From the NCBI GenBank assembly GCA_964016885.1, contig OZ024743.1, forward strand, positions 299,150,001-299,214,000: a stretch of 64,000 nt of DNA. The letters are read 5' to 3'. This document shows, in pieces, positions 56,858 through 64,000 of this stretch. This DNA is from Eledone cirrhosa (taxonomy: Eukaryota). The notes under the pieces were generated by a model. That model was not told the DNA's origin, ran no database searches, and saw only the letters and a program-made list of their open reading frames with translations. The position numbers and the translations under genes were made by a program. The stretch's first letter is position 1. Every line of letters begins with the position of its first letter.

Positions 56858-57252
56858 CTTTTCAGGTGGTAGGAGAGGGTGGGGAGTGATATGGGTGGAG
56901 GTCATTGGTTGAAAGAAAAGGGAATTCATTAAAAGCTAATTCTTTAAGTCTATAGATTATATTTAGAGTGACAAAGGCAGAAACAAGTCTATAAACAAGT
57001 TCAGAATTGGGTGCCACTCTTTATTTTTAATTTTCTCTTAAGCTAACAATGCCTATATTTCAGGTGTCTATGAGATGGTTGGGGGTCGGTCATGATTGAT
57101 GGATTTAAAGGAAAGGGAAATTCTTTAAAAGCTAATTCTTTGAAGCTCCACTTAGAGTGACAAAAGCCAAGAGAATTCTATAAACCCGTTCAAAATATTG
57201 GGTGCCTATCATATCATTATTGTCATATTTTTCTTAAGCTATATTCCAGGTA
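56858..57252. repeat. Diverged ~195-bp tandem repeat upstream of that HHR
   Basis: aagggaa...taaaagctaattcttt...ttagagtgacaaa...attgggtgcc...cttaagcta occurs twice. Confidence 0.75.
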
Positions 57253-57351
57253 TCAATAGACACATTCAAACACACACACACACACATACACACCTAGACA
57301 CACACACATATATATATATATAACATACATACACTTATAAATATATATATT

Positions 57352-57461
<110 letters not shown>

Positions 57462-57611
57462 AATACACATATGGATACACATATATACACATATATATAC
57501 ACACATATACATATATATGCATACATATAAATATACACATATATAGACATATACAAACACATCTACAGAAATACACTTATATACACATATACAAAATGCA
57601 TGAACACATAC

Positions 57612-57675
<64 letters not shown>

Positions 57676-57741
57676 AATATATATAATATATATATACAAT
57701 ATTAAATAAATGGAAACTATATTTATTTATAAAACCATATT

Positions 57742-57806
57742 TATTTCATTATACATATTTCAGGGATACCAAATTAAAATATGGTATGCCTTCATCAGAC
57801 AAAATA
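57742..57806 (-). ncRNA. Type I hammerhead ribozyme
   Basis: Minus strand tattttgt-CTGATGA-aggcatacca/tggtatccct-GAAA-tatgta-TA-atgaaata. Confidence 0.78.
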
Positions 57807-59161
57807 CAATATATAAACAGTTTTATAAATAATTTTGACGTACCCTATTATATGCGACCATTATTTTGGGAAGCTGTCTGGATAGTGAGATGTTCATAAT
57901 TATTTTATTAGTTATAGTGTTAAGCACAGTTAGAAAAAAGACGGAGAGAAAGAAACACGGAGAGAGAGAAGGAGAGAGAGAAAAGGAATGTATGCAGAAA
58001 AGAAAGATATATATAAATAGATAGGAGGAAATGAAAAAGAAAGAAAAAAAGAAAGAAATAAGAAAGACAAAAGAAAGCAACAGAGAGATAATAATTCATC
58101 ATACAGATAGAGAAACTCAAGAGAGAGGAGTACTATGTAGAGAGAGGAGGATATAGTGACAACTTTACGTCATGTCATATTAAGTTGAATTAACAATTCA
58201 TATGAAATGAATAATAAAAATGTAAATATCAATATTCATGAATGAGACATAGATATATAATATGAGAAAATAACATTGTTCAATAATGACCATATGTTTA
58301 GTTTAAAACCTTGAGGTCAATATACCAAAATCTGAGTTAAAACCTTCAAAAAATACCCTATTTATAAAAATACGGATACATATATGTATATATATATACA
58401 CACATATGTACGTTCAGAAAAAAGAGAAAATTATGTCTACTCCAGTCAATAATATAGACATACAAATGATTTCACTTGATTACCTCTATACATTTCTTGT
58501 GTTATAAACATTTCACAGTATATATACATAAAAATACGATTAATATTCATGTCCTCATATACATGAATACCGTTCATGTATTTAATATTATGCATATCTG
58601 AAACACACATCAACATATACACACACAACCATACATACACACACATATGTATAAATAAATATCTGCGTGAGTTTTCCAGCATCGTTATGCATATATACAG
58701 ACATATATACGAACACATAAATAAACTCTATAAACCTTTTATATGCATGTTAATACACACAAATTCAACTTAATATGACATGACGTAAAGTTGTCACTAT
58801 ATCCTCCTCTCTCTATATAGTACTTCCTCTCTCTTGAGTTTCTCTATCTGTGTGATGAATTATTATCTCTCTGTTGCTTTTTTGTCTTTCTTCTTTCTTT
58901 CTTTTTTTCTTTCTTTTTCATTTCCTCCTATCTATTTATATATATCTTTCTTTTCTGCATACATTCCTTTTCTCTATCTCCTTCTTTTTCTCTCTCCTTC
59001 TCTCTCTCCGTTTTTCTTTCTCTCCGTCTTTTTTCTAACTGTGCTTAACACTATAACTAATAAAATAATTATAAACATCTCACTATCCAGACAGCTTCCA
59101 AAAATAATGGTCGCATATAATAGGGTACGTCAAAATTATTTATAAAACTGTTTATATATTG

Positions 59162-59224
59162 TATTTTGTCTGATGAAGGCATACCATATTTTAATTTGGT
59201 ATCCCTGAAATATGTATAATGGAA
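59162..59224 (+). ncRNA. Type I hammerhead ribozyme (mirror copy)
   Basis: CTGATGA at 59170, GAAA at 59207. Stem I is weaker than in the left copy. Confidence 0.7.
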
Positions 59225-59292
59225 CCAATATGGTTTTATAAATAAATATAGTTTCCATTTATTTAATATTGTATATATATATTATATATATT

Positions 59293-59372
<80 letters not shown>

Positions 59373-59540
59373 AAATATATATATATATATATATATAATA
59401 AAATAAATATGGTTTTATAAATATAGTTTCCATTTATTTAATATTGTATATCTACTCCAAAACCTGTCGAGTGCTTTATATCAGTTATAAAATATTTACT
59501 TGTTGTATCCCAACAATTTTAAATAGAACTTTTGCATATA

Positions 59541-59571
<31 letters not shown>

Positions 59572-59581
59572 TATATTATAC

Positions 59582-59616
<35 letters not shown>

Positions 59617-59699
59617 CACACACATATATATATATACACACATATATATACACATATATACACACATACGCATATATATACATAAATATACACATATAC

Positions 59700-59760
<61 letters not shown>

Positions 59761-59805
59761 CATACACACATATACACATATATATACATATATATAAAAC
59801 ATATA

Positions 59806-59851
<46 letters not shown>

Positions 59852-59998
59852 CATACACATATATACACATACATACATATATATATATATATATTGTTAT
59901 ACTTGGAGAGGGTCATATTTGTGTAATATTGCCAGAATTAATAACAGAACGCACTCACTGTTTGGTTGGTTTTAGCTTCTCGATGTCTTTTATATCGG

Positions 59999-61847
59999 AC
60001 CAACAAGACCCGTATGCGGAGCTAATATAGCTAGCAACTACAGGATCTCCTACTTGCTCTCAATGATTATACGCCCCATAATCAAGATGTCCCCAGATGT
60101 ATGTGACAGTACAGAGGACCTCCTGAGCGGAATCAGTGAGTGCACAAAAACAGGAGCCTATCCAACTGCATAATAGGCAGCATGGATGTGGTGTCACTGT
60201 ACCCATCCAATAACATTGTTTTGCTGTGAAAAGATGTGTGGAGATGATCATTGAGAATGAGGTGGAGTTCTGCGACGTCGACACAGACGAACTGGGCCTC
60301 CTACTTAGACTTACCTACGACACTGACTACCTAGACAGCCATGACTTTAGATGTTTCTGCCCTAGTAGACCTATAAGAGGTAGACCCCCACCATAACCTC
60401 AATGGCAAAAAAGACTCCCATGGGAAGGTGGATTGGGTGGACCAAAGCTATACGGACCCCCCAAAACAATGATCAAGTAAGAAAAATGGTCGCACATGCA
60501 ATAGGGGCTAGTATCAAAACTACCCTAAAGGGCCACATATTTAAGTTCAACGAGAAAATCTACATCCAAAATGAGGGAGCAGCCATCGGCGCCAGCATAG
60601 CTGGTGATGTTGCCAACCTTTTCATGGTATGGTGGGAAAAGAGACTTGAAGATCTCCTTAATGAAAGCTCCATAGACCTCATCATGTACTCTCGTTATGT
60701 AGACGATATCAATATAGTTATAAGAACACCCCCACTAGAGAGCACTAACAAGTTTGATTTAGAACGTAGCACGATGGAAAGCATCCAGCAGATAGCTAAT
60801 TCCATACACCAGAGTATAACTGTAACTATCGACTTCCCTTCCAAACACCCTAACAATAGATTACCTGTATTAGACACAGAACTCTGGATTAACACTATAG
60901 ACGAGAGAGCCCAAATTCTCCACTCACACTATGCTAAACCCATGGCCTCCAAATACCTGATACTCAAAAACTCAGCAATGTCCAGTAGTGCTAAGTTTAA
61001 TATTCTGATCGCAGATTTGGTACGAGTGATGAAGAATGTGTCCCGCATGTGCGACCCAACAGAAATGGAAAGACACATCCAATACTTCATCAACCAGTTC
61101 TCTAGCTACAACCAAAGAGACAGAGTCAGAGTATACGAAGGAGCCATGGACAAGTATAAGACCCTCATAGAACTGGACATGAAAGGAATTTGCCCATTAT
61201 ACAGGAGCAAATCATGGAATAGCTTAGATAGGGCTAGACATAAGATAGGGAAAGCCACCTCATGGTACGACAACCAGAGATACCAGAGTGTCATGTTTGT
61301 GGACGCCACCCCTGGAGGGAAATTAGCTAACCAGTGTAGAAAGGCCCTGAGAAAGACCCACTTAAAAATAAAGGTGGTAGAAAAGCCAGGAACCACCATA
61401 AAATCCCTGATCAGCAAAACCTACCCTTTTAAGAAAACCCACTGTACCAATAGGAAATGTATCATATGTAAGGTGAACCCCCGGATAAACTGTAAAACTA
61501 GAAACGTAGTCTATAGCATAAGATGTACAGAGGGTACTTGCAGAAACATGACAACAACATACCTAGGTGAGACAGCTCGTAGCATAGGTGAAAGGATAGA
61601 CCAACACTGGGGGGAACTAAAAGGACGAAAAAACGGGTCAGTACTATAGGAACATGCTAGACAACAACATGACGGTAACATAGACAACATAGAAATTAGA
61701 ATAATATCTAAACATAGAAATGACCCAGCAGATAGGCAAATTAGAGAGGCCAGTGAAATAGAAATTAGAAGACCAAAGTTAAACAGAAAGAATGAGTGGA
61801 ATAACAACAACACCCAAACAAACAACACTGACCTAAGAGAAGTATAA
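59999..61847 (+). pseudogene. PLE reverse transcriptase plus GIY-YIG endonuclease (disrupted)
   Basis: TRPVCGA, GSMDVVSLYPS, QNEGAAIG, RYVDD, LPVLD, HYAKPMAS, Cys-rich linker, NVVYSIRC...YLGETARSIGERIDQH. The frame continues past TAG 61647 (EHARQQH...RQIREA...LNRKNEW) to TAA 61845-61847. Confidence 0.92.
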
Positions 61848-62079
61848 ATAAGTAAATAAAATAAGATAAATAAATACATACACAAGCACAATAACAATAA
61901 GCACATAAACACACACTAGTCACCCATCACACAGCAAAAATAACACTATACACACACGCAAACGCATGCGCGAAGAAGACAAAATAAAATAAACAAACAA
62001 GCAAATAAATAAATAAATATATAGACAGTCTGAATAAAAATGGCGTAGACATACAACACAACAGGAAGAAAATATAACA

Positions 62080-62119
62080 CCACTGACGATGTTGCAGATG
62101 TGCAACGAAAGATTTATGA
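62080..62119 (+). ncRNA. Hammerhead-like motif in the PLE 3' UTR
   Basis: CTGACGA-t-gttgca(gatg)tgcaac-GAAA-gatt-TA-tg. Stems I and III are weak. Confidence 0.55.
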
Positions 62120-62474
62120 TAAACTATATATATGTGTTTGTGTCTATATTGTATCTGTATTATTTTGACCGTCAGTCAGTTAATGGCAACATTGAGGACC
62201 GAGTAAGTTAGATTACCGATATAAAAGACAGCGAGAAGCGAAAACCAACCAAACAGTGAGTGTGTTCTGTTATTAATTCTGGCAATATTACACAAATATG
62301 ACCCTCCCCAAGTATAACAATATTTGTTTCGACACACGATTTCCCATAAAAAACCTCGCAAAATAAATTCGTCGCCGCTATATATATATATATATATGTA
62401 TATATATAATCAAGCTTTCGTAAATAAGAAGTTTCAAAATAAATTTAAAAAAATTCACTGTACTTACTATGGTT

Positions 62475-62561
62475 ACCTTTACCGAATCAGTTTCGAGTTT
62501 CAAAAATAAATGGACAGTCCTTGCAGGCTTCCATTGAAAAGATAAACTCTCGTCAGAAGGT
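62475..62561 (-). ncRNA. Type I hammerhead ribozyme with long loop II
   Basis: Minus strand acctt-CTGACGA-gagttt...aaactc-GAA-ACTG(att)CGGT-A-aaggt. Confidence 0.82.
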
Positions 62562-62597
62562 TCTTTTAACTCGGAGAATATAAAATTCCCGAGTTCA

Positions 62598-62639
<42 letters not shown>

Positions 62640-62707
62640 GATATCCACGGTATCTTGTGGGGTCCACATACACACAGGCATAGATGTATACATATGTATA
62701 TATATAG

Positions 62708-62778
<71 letters not shown>

Positions 62779-63094
62779 TACATATACATATACAATCATA
62801 CATACATATATATATATACATATATACATATATATACATATATATGTAAACACACACATACACACACACATATATATATATATATACACATATATACATA
62901 TACATATATTCATAAATACACACACACACATATATACATATATATATATATATATTAGGTATAGGATTATCCAAGATGTAGTGATGGTTAATTACTACAC
63001 TGGATATGGTTGACGTACGGTAAGAGGTTACTCTACGAGTTATGGAAGAATTGTTCAAGAAACTTAGTTCCTGGTCCTTCAGTATTCCGGAGTG

Positions 63095-63599
63095 TATATA
63101 AAGAATGAATAATAACAGGTAGACATCATAAAAAGGTAATTTATTCCGTGTGCTTACAAGTGTTTCCACGGTGGTACTGCAGCCTAGTTCCGCTACGTGC
63201 AAATTCACAAGTATTTGCAGAACTCGAATATCCAATGCTGTGACCATTGTTTCCTTAGAGCAGAATGGTAAATGTACAATGTAAAAACCCTTAAGTGGGG
63301 TTGTTGGGGAAGATAGAGTGGAACAACCCCTGCATATCTTTCCTTCTCTCTCCTTCTTCCCTACTTTTCTCTCTTCCTGTTCCACTCTATCTTCCCCAAC
63401 AACCCCACTTAAGGGTTTTTACATTGTACATTTACCATTCTGCTCTGAGGAAACAGTGGTCACAGCATTGGATATTCGAGTTCTGCAAATACTTGTGAAT
63501 TTGCACGTAGCGGAACTAGGCTGCAGTACCACCGTGGAAACACTTGTAAGCACACGGAATAAATTACCTTTTTATGATGTCTACCTGTTATTATTCATT

Positions 63600-63609
<10 letters not shown>
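63095..63609. repeat. Near-perfect palindrome with ~230-bp arms and HHR
   Basis: 63095-63325 is the reverse complement of 63378-63609. CT-rich spacer. Ends in (TA)n. Confidence 0.95.
63441..63552 (+). ncRNA. Hammerhead ribozyme with large structured insertion in stem II
   Basis: tgct-CTGAGGA-a-acagtggt...accaccgt-g-GAAA-cacttg-TA-agca. The mirror copy (63151-63262) has CTAAGGA. Confidence 0.7.
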
Positions 63610-63638
<29 letters not shown>

Positions 63639-63716
63639 AATATACACATACATATACATATATACACATATATATACATACATATATATACATATATATA
63701 TAAGTTGAAAAAAAAA

Positions 63717-64000
63717 ATGAAAACGAAATTTCATTTCTCACTCTTAGTATGGCACTTACTATCGTTCAACTATCTAGCAGATGGGTATACGGTGCTGATG
63801 ATAGCTAACAAGCTTGAAACTAGTACATCGTTCCTGTGTCAGTGTTGAACAAAAAGGTGACGTGGTTGCCTTAACACCGTATGGCATAAATTCAGGCTGT
63901 TCAGTTTGTTTACAAACGAACAAAGCGGCGTTGTAATAAGCGTCCGCTAAACTGATGCGTGCATATATGTATGTGTACCTGTATGTATATGTATATATGT
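63717..64000 (+). mobile_element. Third copy of the non-coding HHR family, with an inverted 3'-end fragment in front (63717-63760)
   Basis: 63717-63760 is the reverse complement of 41760-41805. 63770-63927 is the reverse complement of 41442-41597. Confidence 0.88.
63789..63831 (+). ncRNA. Minimal type I hammerhead ribozyme
   Basis: acggtg-CTGATGA-t-agct(aaca)agct-t-GAAA-ctag-TA-catcgt. 6-bp stem I, palindromic ACTAGT stem III. Confidence 0.87.

Larger units (their letters stand above)
57672..59540. mobile_element. ORF-less fold-back of a Hydra-type PLE 3' UTR (sister subfamily), plus a further terminal fragment at 59400-59540
   Basis: 57672-58191 is the reverse complement of 58762-59300. 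57695-58610 aligns with 47027-48200. 59400-59538 is the reverse complement of 46941-47077. Confidence 0.9.
59892..62323 (+). mobile_element. Nematis-like Penelope-like element, 5'-truncated, with ~105-bp inverted 3' end at its 5' side
   Basis: 59892-59998 is the reverse complement of 62216-62323. RT-GIY-YIG coding region and 3' HHR-like motif. Clade assignment comes from motif recognition only. Confidence 0.88.

Noticed and set aside
62378-63385. 335-aa ORF and the many YI/CV/HT-rich ORFs across the window
   Set aside because: These are stop-free readings of (TA)n, (CA)n and (ATGT)n microsatellites and palindrome arms, with no protein motifs.

Overview
Eukaryotic, very AT-rich, microsatellite-saturated DNA with no recognisable host gene. 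The repeat families suggest a coleoid cephalopod (Octopus-like); that assignment is inference. Most ORFs in the track are translations of (TA)n/(CA)n/(ATGT)n. Real coding remnants all belong to retroelements: a CR1-type LINE, three R4/Dong-type RLE LINEs sitting in (ATGT)n, an internally deleted RTE, an L1/Tx1 ORF2, and two near-complete Penelope-like elements (Hydra-type at 46.9-52.6 kb with 1.6 kb inverted arms; Nematis-like at 59.9-62.3 kb). There are also many tRNA-derived SINEs, a mariner-type MITE and Helitron-like pieces. The main hidden signal is about 20 type I hammerhead ribozyme (HHR) motifs from roughly a dozen unrelated sequence families, read by eye on both strands. Many lie in non-coding fold-back palindromes whose 3' ends point outward into (TA)n tracts. 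This looks like a community of autonomous Penelope-like elements plus small non-coding ribozyme-bearing passengers (retrozyme-like) that colonise TA microsatellites. All alignments and coordinates were done by eye and are approximate to a few bases.
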